From the NCBI GenBank assembly GCA_045588045.1, contig JAZNDJ010000070.1, positions 17,190 to 81,189 of the forward strand: a DNA stretch of 64,000 nucleotides, in the 5' to 3' direction. Position numbers and translations under genes: made by a program. Of this stretch, positions 20,201-28,742 are shown piece after piece (position 1 is the first letter of the stretch; the number at the start of each line of letters is the position of its first letter). The notes under the pieces are model-generated. The model ran no database searches, was not told the origin of the DNA, and saw nothing but the letters and a program-made list of their open reading frames with translations. The DNA is from Faecousia sp. (GTDB taxonomy: Bacteria > Bacillota > Clostridia > Oscillospirales > Oscillospiraceae).

Positions 20201-20461
20201 GGCGATCTTGCGGGATCCGATGAGTTTGCGCTCCTAAAACAGTACATATTCCGTTTGCTGGGAGACATGGTCGATCAGATTGCGTCCGGCTGTGTTGCGC
20301 CCAATCCTTATACCCGCGGTGGAAGTCATGACGCCTGCAGGTATTGTCCATACGGTTCCATATGTCATGTTGCGGATGTAGAAGGCAGAAGAAACTATAA
20401 GGCTGTATCGTCCGATGAATTTTGGGATAGGGTCAGAAAGGAGATGCGCAGCAATGATTGA
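17210..20461 (+). CDS. addB: ATP-dependent helicase/nuclease subunit B
   Basis: LMVPE, VLSFTRLA, FDGF; C-terminal GFVDRVD..VVDYK nuclease; Fe-S Cys (DCRF, CRYCPYGSIC); upstream of addA. Confidence 0.9.
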   Translation: MLNLVIGTDWVKNRAYILDLIAQDVKNQKGGRILMVPEPISHDSERRLCAAAGDTTSRFAEVLSFTRLARRVADDRDRAEYACLDNGGRIVAMAAAVQQVQSQLKSYASLGTRPEFLLGLVETVDEFKRCCITSKDLRIASEQSTGVLAQKLEELSLIFESYDAVCYRGKRDPRDQLTWLLEELEEGGYSQTHTFYFDGFPDFSSQQMAILEHLICCCPDLTVSLTCDRIGSTQMAFERAGNTAFTLCEIAKKCGIKVTVKQIDGEVAELKQVSCHLFQGETELKAKSLQLYRSESVYQECISAAERILSLVHSGSRYRDVSVVCADFAGYRNVIRSVFVRCGIPLYLSGTEQILERSVVATVLSAIDTAISGFEQKDVLRYMKTSLSPLDLDTSDTLENYAILWGISGREWTREWSHHPKGLGEKWNDSATAEIRQINSARLQIIEPLDRLRNGLLSAKNVAQLIEALYAFFEEIQLASQLREMAGNLEEQGNSREAQILNQLWEILLTALEQMYDVLGGYAWAPDLFTRLFKLLLSQYDVGTIPATLDSVTVGSVNAMRCHETKHLFVLGASEGFLPAYGTASGVLSEKERTALQSLGLHLAGGAADGLQTEFTNIYTVFSGAQDSVTVSCPAGQPSFVFRRLMKMAASEENVTMTVGPALVDRTEAAAYLIRNGTSAAPGMLDLGEAFESILRKRTYTLGTVSADHIRSLYGRKLRLSASQVDKQADCRFAYFLRYGLGVKERKTVSVDPAEFGTYVHAVLEKTVADVMQMGGFKNVSVEQTLTIAQSYSDAYTAERFSELETQRMSYLFKRNSHELAMIVRELWCELNESEFEPVFFELQFGDDGAVPAIPINGRMIDAQLRGFVDRVDIWRRDGKDYFRVVDYKTGAKDFDYCDVFNGLGLQMLLYLFALEEKGIDLIGAQPVPAGVQYFPARAPMVSADGYLDDAQAAAVRNKIWKRKGLVLRDEQVLEAMEPGDTPLRLPYTRKKDGTLSGDLAGSDEFALLKQYIFRLLGDMVDQIASGCVAPNPYTRGGSHDACRYCPYGSICHVADVEGRRNYKAVSSDEFWDRVRKEMRSND

Positions 20462-23400
20462 GAGGCTAACACCCCAGCAAGAGCAGGCAGTCACAAACAG
20501 AGGGGGCATGCTTTTGGTCTCGGCGGCTGCCGGCTCCGGAAAAACAAAGGTTCTTGTTGACCGGTTGATGAGCTATCTTACGATGCCATCCAATCCTGCA
20601 AATCTGGACGATTTTCTAATCATCACCTACACAAAGGCAGCGGCAACAGAGCTGCGTGGAAAAATCGCCTCAAAGCTTAGTCAGAAGATTGCAGAGGATC
20701 CTACTAACCGCCATTTGCAGCGCCAGATGCAGAGACTGTACCTTGCAAAGATCTCCACGATTCATGCGTTTTGCTCGGACTTGCTCCGGGAATTTGCGTT
20801 TCGACTGGATGTTGCGGCGGATTTTCGTATGGCCGACGAGATTGAATCCATAGACCTGCAGATCCGGGCGATGGAGCAAACGCTTGAGGCTGCCTATGTT
20901 GCGGCGGACGAGGACTTCCTCGCGTTTATTGATACACAGGGCCTTGGACGGGATGACAGACAGATCCCGCAGATCGTGCTGGATGTTTACGAGAAGTCCA
21001 GGTGCCATCTAAATCCTGACAAATGGCTTGATGAATGTGTGGCCGCTACGCATGTTTCTGACGTGGAGGATGCGACCCAGACTGTATGGGGAAGCTTTCT
21101 GGTCAAGGAGCTTTACGGACAGCTGGATATGCAGATCGCCTCACTCGAAAAGTGCGCTGCTCTTGCATCCAACGCAGAGCATATGGAAAAACCGGCGCAA
21201 CTGTTACGGGAGACCGTTTCTCAGCTAAAGCATCTGCGAAGCAGTAACACCTGGGATGAGATCGTTGCGCGGAAAGACATAGACTACGGCGTGCTGAGAT
21301 TTGACAAGAAGTGTGAGGACTTTGAATTGATGGATCAGATCAAGACTGTCCGCGGCTGTTGTAAGGACGAGGTTGGTAAAAAACTAAAGTCTTTTTCAAA
21401 CAGTAACAAACAAGTTCTTTCTGATGTCGCATCCACGGCAGCAGCAACGCGAGGTCTTGTGGCGTTGGTCAAGTCTTTCGGAAAGACTTATCATAGCATT
21501 AAGAGGAGCCGCAGGGTCGTTGATTTTTCCGATTTAGAGCATATGACCCTGGATCTGTTGATTGGCAAGGACAGGTCCGCACCCACAGCACTTGCAGCTG
21601 AGATCGGTACAAGATTTCGGGAAGTCATGGTCGATGAATACCAGGACTCCAATGCCGTTCAGGATCGGATTTTTTCTGCACTGACCCATAAGCGCGGAAA
21701 CTGCTTTATGGTTGGAGATGTGAAGCAGTCTATCTATCAATTCCGGCTGGCTGACCCCGGTATTTTTCTGCAAAAGTACAGAACCTACGTACCGGCTGAG
21801 GATGCTGTTGATGGGCAGGGGAGAAGGGTTTTGCTCAGCAGCAACTTTCGTTCCTCTGCCGGCGTGATCAATGCCGTAAATGACGTGTTCAGATGCTGTA
21901 TGTCTGAACAGGTAGGCGGGCTTTCCTACGGTGATGATGAATCGCTTAAAGAAGGAATACCCCATGCGAAATTGCCGGATCCTGAGATCGAATTATATGC
22001 GGTTGATGTGCAAGAGGATACTTACCTTGAGGAGGCATCCTTTGTGGCCGACAGAATCTGTCGGATGTTAAGAATGAAAACCTTAGTGCGGGATGGCGAT
22101 GGACTGCGTCCGGTTTCTCCTGAGGATATCGTAATTCTCCTGCGCTCACCCGGCTCTGTGGGCATGGATTTTCGTCGTGCGCTTGAAAGTCGTGGCATTC
22201 GGTGCGTGACCGGCAGCAGTAACGATCTACTGCAAACCGAGGAGATCAGCGTCCTTCGGTCTCTTTTGCAGGTGATCAGTAATCCTCAGCAGGATATTCC
22301 TCTTGCGGCGGTACTTGTAAGCCGGGTATTTGAATTTAGTGCAGATGATATTTCAGCTGTCCGTGCCGGAAATCGAAACTGCAGCATGTTTGATGCCTTG
22401 AGATCCTGCGAGGACCCCAGGGCAAAGGCATTTTTGGACCTGCTGGCACAGCTTCGCTCATCTGCCAGAATCTGTACCCTGTCCCACTTGATCGACCAGG
22501 TTTTGCTGTTAACAAAGATCGACAGCATTTACAGCGCAATGCCGGACGGCGCAAGCAAAGTGGAGAACATTCAGACACTGTGCCAGCTTGCGGCAACCTT
22601 TGAGACCAGTACAATGGGCGACCTAGAACGGTTTCTGGAGTATCTGACAAGCCTGGAGGAAAAAGGGTTTGCGGTTAACGAGGAAAACAGTGCTGGTGCA
22701 GTTCGGATTATGAGTATCCATAAATCCAAGGGATTGGAATTTCCTGTTGTATTCCTTTGTGGCTTGTCAAAGGCTTTTAATACAGAGGATTCTCGGGCTC
22801 CGGTTTTATGTGACGGCGAACTCGGCTTTGGACTTTGTTGTGCAGATTTAAAGAATAGAATTAAGTATCCGACAATTGCACGAAATGCCATTTCCGCGAA
22901 AATGACCGCCGGAAGCATTTCAGAGGAAATGCGGGTCTTGTATGTAGCTATGACGCGTGCCAAGGATAGGCTGATTATGACCTACGCCCAGAGAAAACTT
23001 GAAAATCGTTTGGCCCAGCTGACAAAGCGGCAGGGAATCTGTCCTCCGCTCTTGTTGACTGGCGGAGTATCCTGCGCTGGGGATTGGGTGTTAATGACTG
23101 CTTTGCAACGCGCGGAGGCGACTGCGTTCTTTAAAGCGGCTGCGGCACCGGAGTATGTGGCCGCACATGCAGATAAATGGTTGATCGACATTGTTACAGC
23201 GGATATTGACACGCAGTACTCAGCGGACATGCTGATAACAGACGAAGCAACCGTTTCGGATACTACACTTTTGCGCATGCAGCACGCGCTTGCGTTTAAA
23301 TACCCGTCCTTACAGGCAACAGTTGCGCCGTCTAAGCTGACCGCCACGCAACTGAAGGGCCGCGAAAAGGACCGCGAGGCTGCTGAGGGTACCCGCGGAG

Positions 23401-23957
23401 CATGGGATCGCAGCTTCCGAAAACCTTCCTTTATTGAGAAACCGGTAGATGGGAAAAGCTACGGCGTTGCTATGCACACAGTTATGCAGCACATTCGCTA
23501 TGAATGCTGTGTAGATAAGGATTCTATTGCGCAAGAAGTTCAGCGGTTGATTCAGGAAGGTCATGTTGCACCTGAGTACGAGCCGATTATCGACATTGAC
23601 GGCATTGCTGCATTTTTTGCTTCTGATTTGGGTGCAAAGCTTAGAAATGGGGTCAAAACCCTTCGAGAATTCAAGTTTTCGGTCTTAGTCAACGGTGCTC
23701 GGTATTATGACGGACTTGATGAGGAGAAGATACTTCTGCAGGGTGTTGTTGACTGTGCCATCGTAGAGGATGACGGTCTGTCAATAATTGATTTTAAAAC
23801 CGACTTTGTAACAGAGCAAACCCTTTCAGATGTAGTCAAGCGGTATGAACAGCAGGTACAGGTATATGCTTATGCCCTGGAACGCATCTATCAGTTACCG
23901 ATAAAGCATGCAAAACTGTATTTCTTCCGACTCGGAAAATATGTTTCCATCTTATAA
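20454..23957 (+). CDS. addA: ATP-dependent helicase/nuclease subunit A
   Basis: AAAGSGKT, DEYQD, GDVKQSIY.FR, SIHKSKGLEF, YVAMTRAK, QGVVD..IIDFKTD. Confidence 0.95.
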   Translation: MIERLTPQQEQAVTNRGGMLLVSAAAGSGKTKVLVDRLMSYLTMPSNPANLDDFLIITYTKAAATELRGKIASKLSQKIAEDPTNRHLQRQMQRLYLAKISTIHAFCSDLLREFAFRLDVAADFRMADEIESIDLQIRAMEQTLEAAYVAADEDFLAFIDTQGLGRDDRQIPQIVLDVYEKSRCHLNPDKWLDECVAATHVSDVEDATQTVWGSFLVKELYGQLDMQIASLEKCAALASNAEHMEKPAQLLRETVSQLKHLRSSNTWDEIVARKDIDYGVLRFDKKCEDFELMDQIKTVRGCCKDEVGKKLKSFSNSNKQVLSDVASTAAATRGLVALVKSFGKTYHSIKRSRRVVDFSDLEHMTLDLLIGKDRSAPTALAAEIGTRFREVMVDEYQDSNAVQDRIFSALTHKRGNCFMVGDVKQSIYQFRLADPGIFLQKYRTYVPAEDAVDGQGRRVLLSSNFRSSAGVINAVNDVFRCCMSEQVGGLSYGDDESLKEGIPHAKLPDPEIELYAVDVQEDTYLEEASFVADRICRMLRMKTLVRDGDGLRPVSPEDIVILLRSPGSVGMDFRRALESRGIRCVTGSSNDLLQTEEISVLRSLLQVISNPQQDIPLAAVLVSRVFEFSADDISAVRAGNRNCSMFDALRSCEDPRAKAFLDLLAQLRSSARICTLSHLIDQVLLLTKIDSIYSAMPDGASKVENIQTLCQLAATFETSTMGDLERFLEYLTSLEEKGFAVNEENSAGAVRIMSIHKSKGLEFPVVFLCGLSKAFNTEDSRAPVLCDGELGFGLCCADLKNRIKYPTIARNAISAKMTAGSISEEMRVLYVAMTRAKDRLIMTYAQRKLENRLAQLTKRQGICPPLLLTGGVSCAGDWVLMTALQRAEATAFFKAAAAPEYVAAHADKWLIDIVTADIDTQYSADMLITDEATVSDTTLLRMQHALAFKYPSLQATVAPSKLTATQLKGREKDREAAEGTRGAWDRSFRKPSFIEKPVDGKSYGVAMHTVMQHIRYECCVDKDSIAQEVQRLIQEGHVAPEYEPIIDIDGIAAFFASDLGAKLRNGVKTLREFKFSVLVNGARYYDGLDEEKILLQGVVDCAIVEDDGLSIIDFKTDFVTEQTLSDVVKRYEQQVQVYAYALERIYQLPIKHAKLYFFRLGKYVSIL

Positions 23958-23962
23958 GTACG

Positions 23963-23991
23963 ATCCGCCGAAGATGTTATCTTCGGCGGAT
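23963..23991. terminator. Hairpin between addA and the convergent N/Q microprotein
   Basis: ATCCGCCGAAGAT-GTT-ATCTTCGGCGGAT perfect 13-bp stem. Confidence 0.7.
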
Positions 23992-23997
23992 GTATTC

Positions 23998-24102
23998 TTA
24001 TCGGTTGTTCTGATTCTGCTGGTTGTTTTTATTCTGCTGGTTGTTCTGATTCTGGTTCTGGTTCTGATTCTGATTGTTCTTGTTCTGATTCTGGTTGTTC
24101 AT
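23998..24102 (-). CDS. 34-aa Asn/Gln-rich microprotein (putative gamma-SASP-like spore protein)
   Basis: MNNQNQNKNNQNQNQNQNQNNQQNKNNQQNQNNR*; GGGAGGG RBS; codon-level repeats AAC/AAT/CAG. Confidence 0.7.
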   Translation of the reverse strand: MNNQNQNKNNQNQNQNQNQNNQQNKNNQQNQNNR

Positions 24103-24161
24103 GGTTTTCCCTCCCACAATTTTATAAGCGGTTAAACCGCGATATTAGATTACCCCAAATC

Positions 24162-24518
24162 CTAAGATTTATCCTTTGCCTTAAAAAGAAGACTTGCGAT
24201 CAGTCCCGCAATAATTGCCGCAGTGATTCCACCGGCTGTTGCTTTCAGTGCTCCAGTGAAAATCCCAATGAATCCATCGCTGTTGATTGCCTCTTTTACA
24301 CCTTTGGCAAGATTGTAGCCAAACCCAGTCAGCGGAACAGTAGCACCGGCGCCGGCAAAATCAGCCAGAGGTTTATACAGACCGATCGCGCCGAGAAATA
24401 CACCGGCCACAACATAGCCCACAAGTATCCTTGCCGGTGTCAGCTTTGTTTTATCGATCAAAATCTGTCCTATCAAACAGAGGACACCGCCGATTAGAAA
24501 TGCTTTGATATATTCCAT
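24162..24518 (-). CDS. spoVAE: Stage V sporulation protein AE
   Basis: AFLIGGVLCLIGQILIDKTKLTPARIL, FAGAGATVPLTGFG. Confidence 0.95.
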   Translation of the reverse strand: MEYIKAFLIGGVLCLIGQILIDKTKLTPARILVGYVVAGVFLGAIGLYKPLADFAGAGATVPLTGFGYNLAKGVKEAINSDGFIGIFTGALKATAGGITAAIIAGLIASLLFKAKDKS

Positions 24519-24520
24519 AG

Positions 24521-25534
24521 TCATCCTCCGCAAATGGATATTGCATGGCATACGCCAGGGATAGGCAGACCCTGTTGCGTGGAGGTAGGGGATAGCAGCG
24601 CGCCTGTACCGCAAAACAGGATCCGTTTAAGCTTTCCCGTGTGCAGTTTATCAAGAAGATATCCGCACAAGGTTATGGCACTGCATCCGCATCCGGAACC
24701 GCCGGCGTGGACATCTTGTTTTAGTAAATCGAAAACCAGCGTGCCGCAATCCGTGAGTTTTCCACCAATGCCCAACCCTTCCTTGTGGGACATTGTCAGA
24801 AGCAGTTCCTTACCCACCTGACCGAGATCGCCGGTAACGATCAGGTCATAATCGTCTGCGCTGACCTTCATGTCCTCGAAGTGTGCGCGGATCGTTGCCA
24901 ATGCTGCCGGTGCCATTGCAGCACCCATATTACCGGCATCCTTTATGCCAAGATCGGTTACCGTTCCAATGGTGCAGCTGGTAATCCGCGGACCTTTACC
25001 GGAGCTGTTTAGTAGTGCTGCTCCGGCACCTGTGACCGTCCACTGTGCAGTTGGCGTGCGTTGTCCGCCGTAGCCCAATGGAAAGCGATATTGCCTTTCC
25101 GATGATGCAAAGTGTGACGATGTCATAGCCACGACATTGTCACAAAAACCGCCCCCAACGGCCATCGCAGCCAACAAAAGTGACTCTGCCATTGTAGAAC
25201 AGGCACCATAAAGACCAAGGTGCGGAATACCGGCGTTTCGCAGTGTAAACGACGAGCCGATACATTGATTCAACAGGTCTCCGGAGAAAACCAATCCAAA
25301 GTTATCCTTTGGCGTGTGTGCCTTTTTGGCTAGTTGGTCCAAAACCATTTGCTGCATTTTCCGTTCAGCCTGTTCCCATGTTTTCTCACCGAAATAGGCG
25401 TCCTCATGTGTTAGGTCGAAGGTGTTGCCGAGAGGTCCTTGAGACTCCTTCCTGCCGGCAACACTTGCCCAGCATGTTATTACCGGTGATTGCTCCGGCA
25501 CAAAACTCCGTCTGCCGTGCTGGTGTTTTGCCAT
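24521..25534 (-). CDS. spoVAD: Stage V sporulation protein AD
   Basis: GDLLNQC, GLYGACST, ERQYRFPLGYG.QR, GGSGCGCS; ATG at 25534 after AGGAGG. Confidence 0.95.
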   Translation of the reverse strand: MAKHQHGRRSFVPEQSPVITCWASVAGRKESQGPLGNTFDLTHEDAYFGEKTWEQAERKMQQMVLDQLAKKAHTPKDNFGLVFSGDLLNQCIGSSFTLRNAGIPHLGLYGACSTMAESLLLAAMAVGGGFCDNVVAMTSSHFASSERQYRFPLGYGGQRTPTAQWTVTGAGAALLNSSGKGPRITSCTIGTVTDLGIKDAGNMGAAMAPAALATIRAHFEDMKVSADDYDLIVTGDLGQVGKELLLTMSHKEGLGIGGKLTDCGTLVFDLLKQDVHAGGSGCGCSAITLCGYLLDKLHTGKLKRILFCGTGALLSPTSTQQGLPIPGVCHAISICGG

Positions 25535-25559
25535 GGTGTGCATTCCTCCTGTCTGTGAA

Positions 25560-25588
25560 CAGTATGTGCACAATCCGCAAAAATATAG
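25560..25588 (-). promoter_or_regulatory. SigG-type promoter of spoVAD-spoVAE
   Basis: CTATA-N17-CATACTG on the minus strand; spoVA is a known SigG target. Confidence 0.5.
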
Positions 25589-25634
25589 AATGACCTGCTG
25601 ATAATGATATATCAGCAGGTCATAAAGTATTGAA

Positions 25635-25925
25635 TTATTTACCGGCAAGTGCACGCTCAAGCCATACACAGCCGAAATCCAGTGCCGTATAAAGGCCAGC
25701 CTTCTCGCCCTTCTTTACAACGCGGTCGCGGCTCTTCACGGACGGATCCGTCAACTGCAACTGAACCGACACGCGGGTAGCGATGTCCACATCATTGATC
25801 TTCTTCGTCTCAAGGATCTGAAGCATGACGATATGTGTATCAGCCATGGAGCCGTAATAGATCAAATTATCCTTGCGCATAAGCGGATGACCCTTATAGG
25901 TCAAACCAATTTTCTCCTCAGCCAT
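25635..25925 (-). CDS. Conserved hypothetical protein (96 aa)
   Basis: Clean ORF, AGGAGG RBS, natural composition. Confidence 0.8.
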   Translation of the reverse strand: MAEEKIGLTYKGHPLMRKDNLIYYGSMADTHIVMLQILETKKINDVDIATRVSVQLQLTDPSVKSRDRVVKKGEKAGLYTALDFGCVWLERALAGK

Positions 25926-25947
25926 AGGTACCTCCTGAAAATGTAAT

Positions 25948-25979
25948 CGGGAGGCTTTTGCGGTGGCAAAAGCCTCCCG
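25948..25979 (-). terminator. Hairpin after ireB/reoM
   Basis: CGGGAGGCTTTTGC-N4-GCAAAAGCCTCCCG 14-bp stem; weak U-tail. Confidence 0.55.
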
Positions 25980-25985
25980 GCTGGA

Positions 25986-26249
25986 TTAGGAATTCTCAAA
26001 CAGATAATGCCGAACCAGCTCCTGCAGTAGTTCATCACGGTCAAGCTTGCAGATCTGACTGCGCGCATTGTTGTAATTGGTGATATAGGTAGGATCCTCT
26101 GTAAGCAGGTAACCGACGATCTGATTGATGGGATTGTAGCCCTTCTCGTTCAGAGAGTCGAACACAGTCCTCAGTACGCGGCGCATATTATCCTTTTCGT
26201 CACTGGGTACAGTAAACTTGATCGTTGTGTTTAGGGTGTTTTCTGTCAT
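25986..26249 (-). CDS. IreB/ReoM family regulatory phosphoprotein (UPF0297)
   Basis: [25 protein letters not shown]....LDRDELL.ELV signature. Confidence 0.93.
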   Translation of the reverse strand: MTENTLNTTIKFTVPSDEKDNMRRVLRTVFDSLNEKGYNPINQIVGYLLTEDPTYITNYNNARSQICKLDRDELLQELVRHYLFENS

Positions 26250-26280
26250 TTGGAACGACCTCCTTTCGATGATTGGTCAT

Positions 26281-26309
26281 ATTATATCCCAAATTTTACA
26301 TGGTGTAAA
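26281..26309 (-). promoter_or_regulatory. SigA promoter of ireB/reoM
   Basis: TTTACA-N17-TATAAT on the minus strand. Confidence 0.65.
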
Positions 26310-26341
26310 GAGGTTGTTTGAAAATTTTCTGTAAAGAAAGG

Positions 26342-28729
26342 TCAGCGAAGCTTTGCATTCAGTTTTTCTTCCAGAGCAAGGAGAACCTTCTCCATAACCT
26401 GTTCCGAATCGGTGTCGGTCAGAGTGCGGTCATCGGCACGGAGCTCCAATGCGAAAGCAAGGCTCTTTTTGCCCTCAGGGATGCCGATGCCTTGGTAGAC
26501 ATCAAACAATCGAACCTTTCGTAGGAGCTTTCCGGCGGCAGCAGTGATCACGTTTTCGACTTGCGCCACGGTAACAGCATCATCACAGACAATGGCAAGA
26601 TCCCGAGAAACAGTGGGATACTTCGGCAGCGGGGTATAGGTGGGGTCTGAGAGCTTCAGTGCAAGCATGGCTGTGAAGTCAAGCTCTGCGCAGTAGACAT
26701 CTGAATCCATTCCGTAGTTCTTCGCTACGATCGGATGGACCTGACCCATATAGCCAAGTGTAACACCGTTAATGCTGACCTTTGCGCAACGTCCAGGGTG
26801 GTAGGAGGGGTTGTTGCTTTCTGCGGCATAGGTTGCCTTCGGCATCCGCAGACCATTCAAAGTAGCATCCAATTCGCCCTTGAAGGAGAAGAAGTTCGTT
26901 TGATCGCCGTAGGTTCCGAGCATCAGCATTTTCGGTTCACGGGGAAGTGTCTGACCGTCGGTAGGCAAATAGATCTTGGCAAGCTCATAAAGCTTTGCGG
27001 ATTTGTTGTGATAGGCGCTGTTGCGGGCCAGGATATCCAGCATAGAGGGCAGCACGATGGTCCGCATAACAGAGGTGTCCTCACCCAAGGGGTTTTGGAT
27101 CTTCAGGGTGTTGCGCAGGGGAGAATCCGCAGGGATCCGGATCTTGTCAAAGATCGCAGGGGATACGAAGGAGTAGGTAATGATCTCGCTATAGCCAAGG
27201 CTGCGGCAGAGCTGACCAGCTTTATTCTCCATCAGCATAACAGGGGAGTAGCCACCCTGTGTAGAGGTTTTGAATGCAGTGGTGGGAATCTCGTTGTAGC
27301 CGTAGGACCGGCCCACCTCCTCAGCAATATCTGCCATTAAATTTAGGTCAGGACGGAAGGACGGGACATGGATCGTCTTGTTGTCGACCTCGATCTCCAA
27401 CAGATTCAGATATTTGATCATATCGGCTTCGGGGATGTTTGTGCCAAGAAGTCTGTTGATCTTGTCTGGCTCCAGGGGCATCGTTCTGGGCGTGGGAACA
27501 TAATTGACGATATCGATGATGCCGTCCATAACATCACCGGCCTGAAGTAGCTCCACAAGCTCGCAGGCCCGCTGTACCGCAGGAACGGTCATCATGGGAT
27601 CCAGACTCTTTTCAAACTTACCAGAAGCATCTGTACGCATACCCAGCGCCAGGGCAGTCTGACGAATGGATGTGCCGTTAAAGTTCGCGGATTCGAACAC
27701 AACCATTGTGGTATCGTCCACGATCTCGGAGTTTTCGCCGCCCATAATACCGGCCAGGCCAATGGCCTTTGTATCATCGGCAATGACCAGCATACCGGGC
27801 TGGAGCTTGCGGACGTTGCCGTCCAGGGTGGTCAGTGTCTCGCCGGCCTCAGCTTCACGAACAACGATCTTACCGGATGCAACATACCGATAATCAAAGG
27901 CATGCATAGGCTGTCCGTACTCCAGCATGACGTAGTTGGTAATATCAACAATGTTGTTGATAGGACGCACACCGTTTGCTCTCAGACGTTGCTGGAGCCA
28001 CTTGGGCGAGGGGCCGATCTTGACATTTTTCACCATTCTTGAGGTATAGCGGTTGCAGAGGTCCTCAGCAGGCACCTCAACATCCAGCATATCGAAGATC
28101 GAACCGGCATCGCTACCCCTCACAACAGGCTCGTGATGCTTCATTTCCAGGCCAAAGGCCGCTGCAGATTCACGGGCCAAGCCGATAATAGAGTAGCAAT
28201 CGGGGCGGTTGTTTGTAATTTCAAAATCAACAATAGTGTCATCGTTTCCAATGACAAGATTGATGTCATCACCGGGCTTGCAGTCCTCATCGTTCAAAAT
28301 CCAAATACCGTCGGCATATGCCTCCGGAAGATCATTTTGTGTCAGACCAAGCTCAGCAAAGGAGCAAAGCATGCCGTTTGATTTTTCGCCGCGAAGCTTA
28401 CCTTTGGTGATATGAATACCGCCGGGAAGCCAGGAATTATGCAGTGCGGCAGGAACCAGATCGCCTTGCTTCACGTTCTGTGCGCCGGTAACGATTTGGA
28501 CGGGCTCGTCCTGACCAATGTCGATCAGACAGACCCACATGTGATCAGAATTCTCATGACGGACAATAGATACCACCTTGCCGACTACGACGTTCTTGAT
28601 CTCGGCATCCATCCGTTCGTATGTTTCAACCTTTTGACCGAAGACGGTCATTTTTTCAACATATTCCTTGTCGGAAACATGGGACAGGTCAACAAAGTCC
28701 TCATGCAGCCATTTTCTGTTAAGCTTCAT
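26342..28729 (-). CDS. pheT: Phenylalanine-tRNA ligase beta subunit
   Basis: IVTGAQN, ITNNRPDC, INNIVDITNYVMLEYGQPMHAFD, RDLA, C-terminal FDX-ACB domain. Confidence 0.97.
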   Translation of the reverse strand: MKLNRKWLHEDFVDLSHVSDKEYVEKMTVFGQKVETYERMDAEIKNVVVGKVVSIVRHENSDHMWVCLIDIGQDEPVQIVTGAQNVKQGDLVPAALHNSWLPGGIHITKGKLRGEKSNGMLCSFAELGLTQNDLPEAYADGIWILNDEDCKPGDDINLVIGNDDTIVDFEITNNRPDCYSIIGLARESAAAFGLEMKHHEPVVRGSDAGSIFDMLDVEVPAEDLCNRYTSRMVKNVKIGPSPKWLQQRLRANGVRPINNIVDITNYVMLEYGQPMHAFDYRYVASGKIVVREAEAGETLTTLDGNVRKLQPGMLVIADDTKAIGLAGIMGGENSEIVDDTTMVVFESANFNGTSIRQTALALGMRTDASGKFEKSLDPMMTVPAVQRACELVELLQAGDVMDGIIDIVNYVPTPRTMPLEPDKINRLLGTNIPEADMIKYLNLLEIEVDNKTIHVPSFRPDLNLMADIAEEVGRSYGYNEIPTTAFKTSTQGGYSPVMLMENKAGQLCRSLGYSEIITYSFVSPAIFDKIRIPADSPLRNTLKIQNPLGEDTSVMRTIVLPSMLDILARNSAYHNKSAKLYELAKIYLPTDGQTLPREPKMLMLGTYGDQTNFFSFKGELDATLNGLRMPKATYAAESNNPSYHPGRCAKVSINGVTLGYMGQVHPIVAKNYGMDSDVYCAELDFTAMLALKLSDPTYTPLPKYPTVSRDLAIVCDDAVTVAQVENVITAAAGKLLRKVRLFDVYQGIGIPEGKKSLAFALELRADDRTLTDTDSEQVMEKVLLALEEKLNAKLR

Positions 28730-28742
28730 AGTCTATCCCTCC

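Noticed and set aside
23908-24135. Hydrophobic LILVLV-repeat ORF on the + strand
   Set aside because: Antisense reading of the N/Q peptide; it overlaps addA and crosses the terminator hairpin, while the minus frame has the RBS.
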